Positions 47,090-57,715 of a stretch of 64,000 nt of DNA are shown here, piece after piece. Numbering within the stretch: position 1 is the first letter of the stretch; each line of letters opens with the position of its first letter. The notes beneath the pieces are model-generated. The model made no database searches. It was not told where the DNA came from and worked only from the letters and a program-made list of their open reading frames with translations. Both the position numbers and the translations under genes were made by a program. Source of the stretch: Acidobacteriota bacterium (GTDB lineage: Bacteria; Acidobacteriota; UBA6911; RPQK01; JAJDTT01); the NCBI GenBank assembly GCA_965263035.1, contig OZ253580.1, forward strand, positions 3,680,001 through 3,744,000, read 5' to 3'.

Positions 47090-48658
47090 ATGGGTTTCAC
47101 CAGAAAATCTGAATTGGATCGACGCAGCTTTCTGGCCGGTTCCACCGCGGCCCTGGCGGCGGGGCGGGGACTGCTGGGCCGGGAACGCACCTCTCAGGAG
47201 CGGAAGCCGGGTTACCGCATCGTCTACAACGACGATTCCAATGCTCCGATCCTGATGTCCGAGAGCCTGGAGCACTTCCTGGAGCTGGCCGTCGATCGTT
47301 TTCGGGATACCCAGGTGGACGCCCTCTTCTGGAACGTCATCTCCAGCGACGTGCTCCACTATCCCTCGGAAGTGGCCGAGATGGTGGGCGCTCACCTGGA
47401 ACGATTCGAATCGGCTGGCTACTTCCAGTGGTATCAGCGCCTGATGAAGATCATCGACGAGCGGCCCGACTATCTCCAGGCCATGGCCGACCGGGCCCGG
47501 GCCAGGGGCCTGGAGTTCTTCGCCTCGCTGCGGATGAACGATTGTCACGAAAGCCCGGTCTGGAAGGCGATGGACACATACAGCCGGTACCGGAAAGAGC
47601 ATCCTCAGTTTCTGCTGGGAGACTCGGTCCACCCCGGCTTCAGCACCGGATTCGATTTTGCACATGAAGAGGTCCGTGAGCGCCGCTACCGGATCATCGA
47701 GGAACTGGCTACTCGATATCGGCTCGACGGCATCGAGCTGGACTTCTTGCGGCATCCGGCCTATTTCAAACCGGACGAGGCCTACCGGAACCGGCATCTC
47801 ATCACCGGCCTGGTCCGCCGGGTTCGGGAACTGCTGGATCGGCATCAGGAGGAGACGGGCCGCCGGGTCCGGCTTGCGGTCCGGGTCGCCACGCCGATGG
47901 AGATCTCGAAACGCATGGGCCTCGACGTGGAGACCTGGATCCGGGAAGGACTGCCCGACCTGGTCATCGCCGCCACGCCCCGAGGCTTCGAGCTGAGCCT
48001 TCCCCTGGAAAAGTATGTGGAAGCGGTTCGAGACCGCCCCATCACCCTGCTGGCTCAGTTGGGCTGGCACCAGCCGCTGAAGGAAGCCCGCGGCGCGGCC
48101 TTGAACTTCTGGGACCAGGGGGCCGACGGGATCTATCTCTTCAACTGGTACTCGCGGAAGGACCGGCGTCACGAATCGTTGGGGGAAATCGGCGATCCCG
48201 GCCTTTTGCGGCGGCGGGACAAGGTCTATCCGGTCCATTCCCAGGAGGGAGATCTGTGGGCCGGCACCCACCCTCCCGCCCAACTTCCCTTGAGCTTGTC
48301 CCTCGCTCCTCCGGAGGGCGGGGTTGAAATCCAGCTCAGGATCGGGGACGACGTGACCGCTGAGGTTGCAGCCGGACGCCTCAGGAGTGCCCGGCTACGG
48401 ATGCGGTTCGAGGAGATTCATTCCGCGGACAGGGTGGAAGTGTTGCTGAACGGAGTCGCCCTGGCGCCTGAGACCGGCAAGCTCAGGATCGACGACGCTC
48501 ACATGTACATCTGGAAGTACTGGATCGAGTATGAGTTGCCGGTTCCTCCGCTGCGGGCTGGAATCAACCGTTTTCAAATCCGGCTCGCTCACCGGAACCC
48601 CCGACTGGACGGGCCGGTAGCCCTGGTGGAGTTGAAGGTAGAGATGGATTACCGGTAG
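47090..48658 (+). CDS. Tat-exported GHL10/DUF187-like TIM-barrel protein
   Basis: DRRSFL; YNDD, SLRMND, DGIELDFLR, GADGIYLFN. Confidence 0.75.
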   Translation: MGFTRKSELDRRSFLAGSTAALAAGRGLLGRERTSQERKPGYRIVYNDDSNAPILMSESLEHFLELAVDRFRDTQVDALFWNVISSDVLHYPSEVAEMVGAHLERFESAGYFQWYQRLMKIIDERPDYLQAMADRARARGLEFFASLRMNDCHESPVWKAMDTYSRYRKEHPQFLLGDSVHPGFSTGFDFAHEEVRERRYRIIEELATRYRLDGIELDFLRHPAYFKPDEAYRNRHLITGLVRRVRELLDRHQEETGRRVRLAVRVATPMEISKRMGLDVETWIREGLPDLVIAATPRGFELSLPLEKYVEAVRDRPITLLAQLGWHQPLKEARGAALNFWDQGADGIYLFNWYSRKDRRHESLGEIGDPGLLRRRDKVYPVHSQEGDLWAGTHPPAQLPLSLSLAPPEGGVEIQLRIGDDVTAEVAAGRLRSARLRMRFEEIHSADRVEVLLNGVALAPETGKLRIDDAHMYIWKYWIEYELPVPPLRAGINRFQIRLAHRNPRLDGPVALVELKVEMDYR

Positions 48659-48751
48659 CCAGGAAAGAGGAAAGAGGGGGTTGGTGGCGGGGCAGTTTGC
48701 CGTGGGTTGTCTTCAGTTGCAGTATGTAAGCAAGGGAAAAGGAGATTGATC

Positions 48752-49972
48752 ATGATCCGACGGGATTTTCTGAAGACCGCGGCGGGGACGGCAGCCGCAT
48801 TGGGCACGGGGTCCTCCGCCGCGTCTGCGGCCGAGACGGCAGGAACGACCTATCGAGCCGGCGTCATCGGCCTGGGTTGGACCGGAGTCCTCTACGATCT
48901 GGCCGGTCGGGGTGGTGAACACCGGCAGGGAACCCATTGGGACCCGGCCTACGACCTGGAGGGAGACCGTCCCACGCCCGGCGAGATCGACGTTCACCGG
49001 AAGTTCTACCACCACGATCACCCGGGCAACGAGGGACTTCCCATTTCCTACTCGGAAGCGCTTCACTCCCGTCCCGAAGTGGAGCTGGTGGCGGGAGCGG
49101 AACGGGACCGGAAACGGCTGGCGATCTTCGGGGAGCGCTATGGAATCGAGGCACTCTATACCGACGCCATCGAGATGCTGCGCCATGAACGGCTGGACAT
49201 CGTCGCGGTCTGCACCAACGTCAAGGGCCGGTCCTTCCTGACCTGCGCCGCGGTGGAGCACGGGGCCAAGGCGGTGATCACGGAGAAGCCCATGGTCTTC
49301 ACCCTGGAGGAGGCGGACCGGATGGTCCAAGCCTGTGCCGACCGGGGCGTTCCCCTGGTAGCTGGAGCTATCAGCACGGTCCATCCCTCCTTTGAGAAGG
49401 CCAAGCAATTGGTACGGGACGGGACCATCGGAGAGGTGGTTTCCATCGAGGCCGGCTTCTACCTCTCCCAGCATCAGAACTGGACCTACTTCATCGACAG
49501 TCCGCCCGCCTGGGTGAGCGGCACCGGGGATCTTCCCCGCCTGGAGAACGGCAGCGACGAGTTCAGGGGCCAGGGAATGATGGTGACGCGGAAGGGGCAG
49601 GTGGTCCACTACCGGCCCGGCGGTCCCATGCTCCGGGTCAGCGGGTCGAAGGGGGAGATCACATTCGACCGCATTGAAGGAGGATGGAGGATCTGGCGGG
49701 GCGTGGAGTCTCTGACCGGCCGGACGCGGCGAGTCGAAGTCCCCTGGCCCGATCCCAAGTTCGTGGGTTCCTATGGAGCCGTGAACTGCCTCGACGACGC
49801 CCTGCGGTGCCTGGCCGGAGACCTGGACGAACCCAAGAACTCGGGCCGCCGCGTGGCTCAGGCCATCGAGGTGGAGATTGCCCTCAAGCTTTCCTCGGAT
49901 CGTGGCGGCGAGCGGGTGGAACTGCCCCTGGCCGACCGGTCGCTGGGCCTGAAATACGCTTGGTTCCGTTGA
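48752..49972 (+). CDS. Gfo/Idh/MocA oxidoreductase with a Tat signal
   Basis: IRRDFLK; GVIGLG; EKPM. Confidence 0.85.
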   Translation: MIRRDFLKTAAGTAAALGTGSSAASAAETAGTTYRAGVIGLGWTGVLYDLAGRGGEHRQGTHWDPAYDLEGDRPTPGEIDVHRKFYHHDHPGNEGLPISYSEALHSRPEVELVAGAERDRKRLAIFGERYGIEALYTDAIEMLRHERLDIVAVCTNVKGRSFLTCAAVEHGAKAVITEKPMVFTLEEADRMVQACADRGVPLVAGAISTVHPSFEKAKQLVRDGTIGEVVSIEAGFYLSQHQNWTYFIDSPPAWVSGTGDLPRLENGSDEFRGQGMMVTRKGQVVHYRPGGPMLRVSGSKGEITFDRIEGGWRIWRGVESLTGRTRRVEVPWPDPKFVGSYGAVNCLDDALRCLAGDLDEPKNSGRRVAQAIEVEIALKLSSDRGGERVELPLADRSLGLKYAWFR

Positions 49973-49997
49973 GAAATAGAGAGTTGGACGACCAAGT

Positions 49998-51701
49998 ATG
50001 AAACGTAGGCGCTTCTTTCTGACCGCCCTGACCGCTGGACTCTCCTCGCGCCTGACCAAGGCTCGCGGCGAGACGGCTCGCAAGAGCCGGAGCCCGTCGG
50101 GCTCTCCGATACCCCGGATCATGTTCACCCACGACAGTCGCCACCCGGCCGTCTACATGTACGAACCCCCCATGGAGCGGGAGGAGTTCGAGGCGGCGGT
50201 GGACGAGCTGGCGGGGACCCCCGTGGACGCCCTGATGTTCGGGCTGGCCGACGGCCGGACCTTCTTTCACGACACCAAGGTGGGTGAGACCTGGGGAGAC
50301 CCGGTGCGGAAGTGGCCCCACCTGATCTTTCGGCGGGCGCGCCAGAACGTCAAGATGATGTTGGCTCGGGGCCAGGACCCGCTCCGCATCGTCTGCGAAC
50401 GGGCCCGGGCCAAGGGAATGCTCCTGTACCCGACCCTGTTGGTCAATCAGGGAATGACGGGAACGACTCCGGAAGACGACGTGAGGGCTTCCAGCTTCCG
50501 CTGGGAGAACCGCCACCTCGAAATCGGCGCCGCCGGGGACCTGGAAGAATTTCCGGGGAAGACCCACCTGGATTTCAAGCATGAAGCGGTCCGGAGGGAG
50601 CGGTTGGCCGTGATTCGGGAGGTGTTGAACAACTACCCCGTCGATGGATTCGAGTTCCAGCTCAATTACGCTGGACCCTACTTTTTTCACCCTGATCAGG
50701 TCGCTGCCGGCCGCGACATCATGTCGTCCTGGGTGGCTCAGGTCCACGAGGCGGTGAAGGCCAGCGGTGAGGATCGGCATTTGGTGATCACGGTCCCCGT
50801 CGACTTGGACCGGGCCTACAGCCGGGGGTTGCACGTGCTCCGGTGGATCCGCGACGGAAGCGTCGATGTCCTGGTGGGAGCGTCCCACAACTCCATGGAT
50901 CATGTGGCCGACTTCCGGCCTCTGGTCAAGGCGGCCCGGGGCTCCTCTTGCCGGGTTTACGCGGCTCTCAACGGACAGGTCTACTCGGACCGGCTCCAGA
51001 ACGCCGACACTACTCTCACGCGTGCAGGGGCCTGCAACTACTGGGCCCAAGGCGTAGACGGGCTCTACCTGGATCAGTGGTTTGCCCGCTGGCCCTACCA
51101 GGCCTCCTTCTATGAGCAACTCCGGGAGATGCCCCACCCGGACGTGATGGCCGCCAAGGACAAGTTCTACTACGTGCCGACCCGGGCCGGGACCCGGCTC
51201 CGCTCCCACGAGCCGGAATTACCCCTTCCCCGGAAGCTGGAGACGGAAAGGCCGGTCGCGGTCGATTTGGAGATCGCGGACGACCTGCCCCGCTGGGATC
51301 GGGTCGGCCGCGTCCACGAAGTGCTGCTTCGCCTCCGGATCACGGGGACGACCGAACTGGACCGGTTGGGGTTCAGGCTCAACGGCCAGGTCCTGCCCCG
51401 GGAGCAGATGAGGAAGATCAACCAGATCTACACCATGAGGGCTCCGAGGCGACAGAGGGTCGTCGGTTACTGGTTCGTCTTTCGTCCGGACCGGGAACGG
51501 TGGCCACGGCAGGGAAGGAATCGGATCGAAGTGACCCTCTTGGAACGGGACCCGGAGGTGACACCGCCCATCGAGCTCCGGGACGTCGAGTTGGAGATCC
51601 GGTACCTGCGGGGGAAAAATGCCGGGAGGGGACGGGACCCGGACGATCTGGGCAAAAACGAAACCACCGTCCGCTTGGGGCCGGGGTCTCATCTGGTCTG
51701 A
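49998..51701 (+). CDS. Tat-exported GHL10/DUF187-like protein
   Basis: RRRFFL; HDSRHP, DGFEFQ, GVDGLYL; paralog of 53827-55413. Confidence 0.72.
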   Translation: MKRRRFFLTALTAGLSSRLTKARGETARKSRSPSGSPIPRIMFTHDSRHPAVYMYEPPMEREEFEAAVDELAGTPVDALMFGLADGRTFFHDTKVGETWGDPVRKWPHLIFRRARQNVKMMLARGQDPLRIVCERARAKGMLLYPTLLVNQGMTGTTPEDDVRASSFRWENRHLEIGAAGDLEEFPGKTHLDFKHEAVRRERLAVIREVLNNYPVDGFEFQLNYAGPYFFHPDQVAAGRDIMSSWVAQVHEAVKASGEDRHLVITVPVDLDRAYSRGLHVLRWIRDGSVDVLVGASHNSMDHVADFRPLVKAARGSSCRVYAALNGQVYSDRLQNADTTLTRAGACNYWAQGVDGLYLDQWFARWPYQASFYEQLREMPHPDVMAAKDKFYYVPTRAGTRLRSHEPELPLPRKLETERPVAVDLEIADDLPRWDRVGRVHEVLLRLRITGTTELDRLGFRLNGQVLPREQMRKINQIYTMRAPRRQRVVGYWFVFRPDRERWPRQGRNRIEVTLLERDPEVTPPIELRDVELEIRYLRGKNAGRGRDPDDLGKNETTVRLGPGSHLV

Positions 51702-51706
51702 GCTTG

Positions 51707-51865
51707 GAGTCTGCGCGGTAGAAATGATCGTTGCGAGAAATCGGGGAATCGAGGCCAGATTTTCTCGATTTGGAGGTGCATAGTTGTTCTATTCGCCGAG
51801 AAATCGGGGAAATATGGACCGATTCTACCGCTTTCGCAGTAGATCAATTTCTGCCGCGCAGGCTC
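51707..51865 (+). mobile_element. 159-bp MITE, copy 3
   Basis: Near-identical to copy 2; flanks CTTG and CTAG. Confidence 0.9.
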
Positions 51866-51905
51866 CTAGTGACAGTATGACCATGTTGGATTGGGAGAAG
51901 AGAGC

Positions 51906-53804
51906 ATGAGGAATTCACGTTACGGGAAATGTTGTGGGTTTGCGGCGGCCGCAACGGTGCTGGTCCTGCTGGCCGCCGGCTGTCAGTTGGGGGAACCCTG
52001 GCGCGAAGACAATGCCCGGGTGATCCAAGAGAATGGAGTCCAGGGGAGGGAGCGAGAGCTTCCCGATCTGGACGTCCGCTCCAACCTGGATTGGGACAAG
52101 GTCTATCCCCATGAGACGCTTCCCAATCTGGAGTTGGCTCCCGGGGTCGCGGCCAGGGCCGCTTGGGGTCAGGGCACCCTCTACGAATACGTCACCTTGG
52201 CGCCGGGAGCCGTCTATCCTGAAGAGACACTGGCCGTGGAAGTGATCACCAAGGTCCGGGCCGGCGGCGTCACCCTGCGGGTGGAGGACACGGACCACAC
52301 ACTGGCTCGAAACGAAGTGATCTATCTGGCCGAGGGGACCCGCCGCCGAATGGAGGCGGGCGCCGAGGGCGCGGAGCTGGTCGAGGTCTTTTCTCCTCTC
52401 AGAACCGACCATCTGGAGTTGGCCGGTGTCGAGGTGGACCCCGCCGAGATGCCGGATCAGGGGGTGATGCCCTCGTTGAAAGCGGGCAAGGTCTACAATA
52501 TGGGGCAAATTCAACTCACGCCCCTGATCCCGCCCGACAAGAATCTTCCCTACCCACGCAGCAGGGCGTATTCCCGCCTCATCTGGGGCAGGAACGCCAT
52601 GCTCAGCTTCATCACCCTGGATCCTTCGGCGTCCTTTCCCTTGCACATCCATCCCGAGGACCAGCTGATGATCGTGCTTCGAGGGGGGGTGTTGCAGACC
52701 ATGGTGGATCTCAAGCTGCCGGTGGACGGACAGGCCCGGCATGCCCTCTTCGTTCCGGGAGGGATGGTGCATGCCGGGGACTCGGGGGAGTTCGGAGCGG
52801 ATGTCCTGGATGCCTTCTGGCCGGTGAGACCCGACTATCTGGAGGCGGCCTCCCGGCAGAGCACCCGTTTTCAGGAGGTGATCGCCGCCGGAACCGAGCC
52901 GGAGCGGGTGGCGACCGGCTTTACGTTCCTGGAGGGTCCCACCTGGCTGGACGGGCGCCTCTACTTCTCCGATATGTACTTCAAGGATCCGGCCAACGGT
53001 GACTGGACCGGAGATCCCAAGCAGAGCCGCCTGATCCGTATGGATCCGAACGGTGAGACCAAGGTGCTCTCCCGGGGCCGGCAGACCAATGGAACCATTG
53101 CCTCCCGGCGCGGCAACCTCATCGTCTGCGACATGTTCGGACACCGCGTCGTGGAGGTCCATCCCCGGTCCGGACGGGTGGTCCGCAACCTGCTCAGACG
53201 GGTCGACGGCAAGGCGGTGGACGGCCCCAACGACCTGGTCATGGACGCCAAAGGGGGCATCTACGTCACCGATCCCCAGTTCACGCTGGAGGCGAAGAAG
53301 AGCCAGCCCGGCGCCCAGGTCTACTACGTCCCGCGGAGAGGTCGCGCCCGCGTGGTGGTGCCCGCCGGGGAATTCGCCATGCCCAACGGCGTGGAGATCT
53401 CACCGGACGGGAAGACGCTCTACCTGAACAACACCTGGAAGAGCCCGGGCGAGAACTTCATTTGGGCCTACGACATCCAGGAGAACGGATCGCTCACGAA
53501 CAAGCGCAAGTTCGCCATGCTCAATCTGACGCCCGAAGTGATGGATGCCGCTGACCCCGAAGACCGGGTGAATACCCAGGCCGACGGGATGGCGGTGGAC
53601 ATGGAGGGCCGAATCTATGTCGGGACCCTCTCCGGAGTACAGATCTTCGATAAGACCGGTCTTTACGTCGGGACCATCGCACCCCCGGAACTTCCAGTGG
53701 TGAGCTGCACCTTCGGAGGCGAGAATTACGACGAGCTCTACATGGTCAGTCCCAATTCCGTCTGGAGGATACCGACGAGGGTTCAAGGCTTCCGGCATCC
53801 GTAG
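51906..53804 (+). CDS. Lipoprotein: two cupin-like domains fused to SMP-30/gluconolactonase
   Basis: LAAGC lipobox; HIHPEDQ; FLEGP, GPND, PNG, ADGMAVD. Confidence 0.85.
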   Translation: MRNSRYGKCCGFAAAATVLVLLAAGCQLGEPWREDNARVIQENGVQGRERELPDLDVRSNLDWDKVYPHETLPNLELAPGVAARAAWGQGTLYEYVTLAPGAVYPEETLAVEVITKVRAGGVTLRVEDTDHTLARNEVIYLAEGTRRRMEAGAEGAELVEVFSPLRTDHLELAGVEVDPAEMPDQGVMPSLKAGKVYNMGQIQLTPLIPPDKNLPYPRSRAYSRLIWGRNAMLSFITLDPSASFPLHIHPEDQLMIVLRGGVLQTMVDLKLPVDGQARHALFVPGGMVHAGDSGEFGADVLDAFWPVRPDYLEAASRQSTRFQEVIAAGTEPERVATGFTFLEGPTWLDGRLYFSDMYFKDPANGDWTGDPKQSRLIRMDPNGETKVLSRGRQTNGTIASRRGNLIVCDMFGHRVVEVHPRSGRVVRNLLRRVDGKAVDGPNDLVMDAKGGIYVTDPQFTLEAKKSQPGAQVYYVPRRGRARVVVPAGEFAMPNGVEISPDGKTLYLNNTWKSPGENFIWAYDIQENGSLTNKRKFAMLNLTPEVMDAADPEDRVNTQADGMAVDMEGRIYVGTLSGVQIFDKTGLYVGTIAPPELPVVSCTFGGENYDELYMVSPNSVWRIPTRVQGFRHP

Positions 53805-53826
53805 CGTCCGGGCCACAAGGCACAAC

Positions 53827-55413
53827 ATGAAGAAGCCGCGCATCTACTTTTACAACGACGGCCGCCATCCGTTGATCTACATGTACGAGCCTCCCATGCA
53901 GAAGGAGGAGTACGAAGCGGCCGTGGACGAGGTGTTGGGAACTCCCGTCGAAGCCCTGGTCTTCGCCCTGGGCGAGGGGCGCACCATGCTCCACGACACC
54001 AAGGCCGGCGAGCTCTGGGGGCACAACGTGGACAAGTGGCCCCACTTGATCTGGCGGCGCGCCCATCAGAACGCTCGCATGATGATCGATGCCGGAGATG
54101 ATCCGTTGCGAGTCGTCGCCGACCGGGCCCGTAGCGAGAACATCCAGTTCTATCCCTCCCTAAACGTTCAATGGGCGGCCGTCGAACGGGGCGAGGGGAC
54201 CGTTTGGGTTCGAGTCTCCGACTTCCGTTGGGACAACAAACACTTGGAAATCGGCGCCGAGGGGGACGTGGACCCCGAGTATCCCGGCTTCGGGTGTCTG
54301 GATTTTCGACATCGGGAAGCACGGGACGAACGCTTCGCCATCGTGGAGGAGACGGTCCGGCGATACCCGGTGGACGGCTTCGAGCTCAACCTGAACGGTT
54401 ACCCCTATTTCTTCGCTCCTCACCGCATAGAAGAGGGGCGTCCCGTCCTTACCGAGTGGGTGAAGCGCGTCTCGGAGACGGTCCGAGGCAGCGGCGCCGG
54501 CCGCGAGCTGCTGGTGCGGGTGGCCACCAACCTGGCCGGCAGCTACTCGCTGGGAATGGACGTTGTGGAGTGGATTCGCCAGGGCCTGGTGGATGTCCTG
54601 GTGGTTCAGGACCGGCCGGGCGTGGTCAACCAAATGGCTGATTTCCGTTCCCTGGTAAAGGCGGCTCGAGGAACAGGTACGCGGATCGTAGCGGCGATCC
54701 AGAGCATGGTCAGGACAGACCGGCTGGATGTGGAAACCATCGAGATGCTCCGGGCTACCGCCTGCAACTACTGGGCTCAGGGCATCGACGGGATGTTCCT
54801 GGATCGGGGCTGGTTTCTGGACTGGCCCTACGAAGCCCCTTTCTACCAGAAGCTCCGGGAGTTGCCCTATCCACGCGTGATGGAGACCCGGGACAAGCAT
54901 TACCATCTGTTGACCCAGCCGGGCCCGGGGGTCGAAGACACGGTCCTTCAGACGCGGGCCCCGCTTCCGGCCAAACTGGAGGTGGGCCGGCCGGTCCACC
55001 TAGATTTCACCATCAGCGACGATCTGCCCCGCTGGGATTCGGTGGGACGGGTTCATCGGGTCCTGCTGAGGATTCGGGTGAGGCAGACGACGGAGTTGGA
55101 TCGCTTGCGGTTTCGACTCAACGGGCGGGAGCTTCCTGAAGATTCGCTCCGGAAGATCAATCATATGTACAAGATGCACGCCCCGCGCAAACGGATCTCA
55201 GGCTATTGGTTCGTCTACACGCTGGAGCGCGAGCATTGGCCCCGGCGGGGCGCCAACCGGATGGAGATCACTCTGCTGGAGCGGGACCCGGAGGTGACAA
55301 AACCGATCACCGTTCGCGATTTGGAGTTGGAGACACGGTACCTGATGGGACAGAACTTCCACCGGGAATACGTGGATCCGGACCTGGGGCCTTACGAATT
55401 CTCTACCGCCTGA
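53827..55413 (+). CDS. GHL10/DUF187-like protein without a signal peptide
   Basis: NDGRHP, DGFELN, GIDGMF. Confidence 0.72.
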   Translation: MKKPRIYFYNDGRHPLIYMYEPPMQKEEYEAAVDEVLGTPVEALVFALGEGRTMLHDTKAGELWGHNVDKWPHLIWRRAHQNARMMIDAGDDPLRVVADRARSENIQFYPSLNVQWAAVERGEGTVWVRVSDFRWDNKHLEIGAEGDVDPEYPGFGCLDFRHREARDERFAIVEETVRRYPVDGFELNLNGYPYFFAPHRIEEGRPVLTEWVKRVSETVRGSGAGRELLVRVATNLAGSYSLGMDVVEWIRQGLVDVLVVQDRPGVVNQMADFRSLVKAARGTGTRIVAAIQSMVRTDRLDVETIEMLRATACNYWAQGIDGMFLDRGWFLDWPYEAPFYQKLRELPYPRVMETRDKHYHLLTQPGPGVEDTVLQTRAPLPAKLEVGRPVHLDFTISDDLPRWDSVGRVHRVLLRIRVRQTTELDRLRFRLNGRELPEDSLRKINHMYKMHAPRKRISGYWFVYTLEREHWPRRGANRMEITLLERDPEVTKPITVRDLELETRYLMGQNFHREYVDPDLGPYEFSTA

Positions 55414-55430
55414 CGGGCGGGAGGGGACAT

Positions 55431-55532
55431 GGAGGGGCGACATCCTGGTCGCCCATTCTTTCTTTTCTCGGTTCTTTCCTGCCTCAGGTTTTTTGGGAGG
55501 TCGGCTACGGGGCGGCTGGAAACCGCCGCTCC
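55431..55532. repeat. REP/REPIN-like paired hairpins between convergent genes
   Basis: GGAGGGGCGAC-ATCCTG-GTCGCCC...GGCGG-CTGGAAA-CCGCC-GCTCC; homologous to the exons around the intron at 63271-63983. Confidence 0.65.
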
Positions 55533-55551
55533 TCGACCGGTGGGACAGCCT

Positions 55552-56439
55552 CTATTTTGTCTCTACCACGACCGTGTCCAACTTGTCCTTTTCCCGGGCG
55601 ACGCCGATGATCATCAGTTCCAGGGAAGAATCCCGGTCGCTGGCGATCGAATGGGCTTCGCCCAGAAGGACCGGAACGGCGTCTCCCCCGGATACTGGAG
55701 CGGTCTCTTCCCGGTCGCCCGCACCGAGGCGGAAGGTTCCCGACCCGTGCATCACGTAGAACACTTCCTCCACGCCCTGGTGCCGGTGTTTCCCCAGCGA
55801 GGTTCCCGGCGGAAGGAGCAGGTGGTCCACGTAGGCCCAATTGGTACGGAACACCTCCGGTGAGAGCGCCCGGCGGTAGCGGACGGTTCCGGTCCCGCCG
55901 TGGAGTCTTTCCGTGGACTTGAGCAGCCGGCGGTCCAGGCGCATGGTCATGAAAACGGGTACGCGGTCTTTGGGGACGTCGACCCGGTCGTCCCCCAGAT
56001 CGAAGGCGTCATACTTTCGCTTGACCGTGGAGACGGCGATGTTCATCCACTGCGTAGGCCGGTCCGATGGGTTGTAGATGCCGTGGGAGCTTCCCTGCCG
56101 GCAGGGCGCTCCGGCCGGACCCTGAACCGTGGAGGTCCTCCCGTCGATGGTGAACTCGGCCTCGTTGTCGAAGATGACGTACATCTCCTCCATCCGGTTG
56201 TGGAAATGGTGGCCGATGCCTCCCCCGGGATGCAGCACTCCCCGGTGGACGAACAGGAGGTTCGTGGTCAGGGCGTCCCGTCCCAGGAGGGTCGTGTAGG
56301 CCATCTCACCGGCGCCGCCATGGACGGCTTGAATCGTCCGCAAGGCCTCGGGCGTGGTGTGGCCGATCCGTTCCGCAAGGGGGTTTTTTTGGGCCGCGGC
56401 CGGAGTGAAGAACAGAAACAGTAGGGGAAGTACTCTCAT
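55552..56439 (-). CDS. Secreted double-cupin protein
   Basis: Signal peptide; [10 protein letters not shown] and [11 protein letters not shown]. Confidence 0.85.
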   Translation of the reverse strand: MRVLPLLFLFFTPAAAQKNPLAERIGHTTPEALRTIQAVHGGAGEMAYTTLLGRDALTTNLLFVHRGVLHPGGGIGHHFHNRMEEMYVIFDNEAEFTIDGRTSTVQGPAGAPCRQGSSHGIYNPSDRPTQWMNIAVSTVKRKYDAFDLGDDRVDVPKDRVPVFMTMRLDRRLLKSTERLHGGTGTVRYRRALSPEVFRTNWAYVDHLLLPPGTSLGKHRHQGVEEVFYVMHGSGTFRLGAGDREETAPVSGGDAVPVLLGEAHSIASDRDSSLELMIIGVAREKDKLDTVVVETK

Positions 56440-56545
56440 AGGGAGATCCTGTCGAATGGATGCAGGCTGCTGAATTCGGCTTCAGCACGCCGAATCTCAT
56501 GCGGGACATTGATCGCCGGAACGCCCACCGGAGAATCCGGCGGCA

Positions 56546-57052
56546 TCACCAGCCGCGGCGGTTTCCCTCCAGGACGATTCGCCGGTAGACGGCGGGGGGC
56601 AACTGAAAGTCGTGGAACACCTTCAGCTTGTAGCGATCGTTCAAGAGATTCTTGAGCCGGAGGTTCCGTTTCAGGTTCCTTCCCGGCGGCCGGGTCCGGT
56701 CGGCCTCGTCCCGGGCCCTCTGCTCAGCCTTCTTCCAGGCCGCGTAAATGTCTCGGCGAACCGAGCTGTCCTGGGGAAGCTCCGCGACGAAAGCGACGGG
56801 CCGCGCCACCGACTTGTGGACATAGCGGGTCGCCGCGGAGAAGAGATGGATGGCGTACCAGTTGCCCTTTTCGTCCTCCAACTGGAAGACGTCGTTTCGA
56901 GCCGCCTTGGCTACGATTCCGGCGCCCCGGCGGGGTGCGTTGCGGATGTTGGCCACCCGGGTTCTGATCTCGACGTAGTGGGCTGCGCTCAGCAGCGGAC
57001 CGCTCAGGAGGAGAAGGATCAATCCCAGGCAAACCGACGGCATCGGTCTCAT
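56546..57052 (-). CDS. Secreted SH3b-domain protein
   Basis: Signal peptide; ANIRNAP..IV..AARND...GNWYAI..YVH. Confidence 0.7.
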   Translation of the reverse strand: MRPMPSVCLGLILLLLSGPLLSAAHYVEIRTRVANIRNAPRRGAGIVAKAARNDVFQLEDEKGNWYAIHLFSAATRYVHKSVARPVAFVAELPQDSSVRRDIYAAWKKAEQRARDEADRTRPPGRNLKRNLRLKNLLNDRYKLKVFHDFQLPPAVYRRIVLEGNRRGW

Positions 57053-57059
57053 TTGCCCG

Positions 57060-57380
57060 TTACTCTCTGGACCGGGAGTTGGTGTCGGCGGCGGCGGATT
57101 CCGTCTCTTGGGACTCGGCGGACGGCTTTCTGATTCGAGGTCTCAGATGGGTCCCGGACCCCGGCGCCATCGGCTTCAGGTTCCGCACCTCGTGAAATTG
57201 AAATCCCATGGCCTCAGTCTCGTCCTCCTCAAAATCCGCGCCTTCGGGGTAGTCGTAGTGGTCTACGGGAGCCAGCCCCTTGCTCCGTTCCATACGGCGC
57301 TGGCGCTTCAGGCTGGCCTTCTCCATTCTGCGTAACTCTTTCTGCCGTTTGAGGTAGGACTGTCGAGACTTCCTGGCCAT
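57060..57380 (-). CDS. Small protein with a basic N-terminus
   Basis: RBS GGAGG; SYLKRQKELRRMEKASLKRQRR. Confidence 0.6.
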   Translation of the reverse strand: MARKSRQSYLKRQKELRRMEKASLKRQRRMERSKGLAPVDHYDYPEGADFEEDETEAMGFQFHEVRNLKPMAPGSGTHLRPRIRKPSAESQETESAAADTNSRSRE

Positions 57381-57715
57381 ACGGAGGACCTCCGGGAGAT
57401 GGGACAAGAAAAGTTACGGGAATCTCGCCCGGAAAGATCCAACTCTACATGGAACCCGGAGAATTTTCCAGCGGGCGACATCGACCGCCGGCGGAGTTCC
57501 GGGGAGCATCCCCTGGGTCTTTCCGGAGATCGGTCCGACCTCCGCAGAGACGCACATGGAGCCACGTCATTCCGTACCTGGCCGCCCTTTTCGTAGAGAT
57601 CCTTCCCGAGGACCGCCAAGTGTGGTAGTCACATCATGACGTCAGACATCCGGCAACATCTCCCGGCCACCAGCACCTTGATGGCCGTGAGCTCTGCCGG
57701 AGAAGGGACAGGAGA

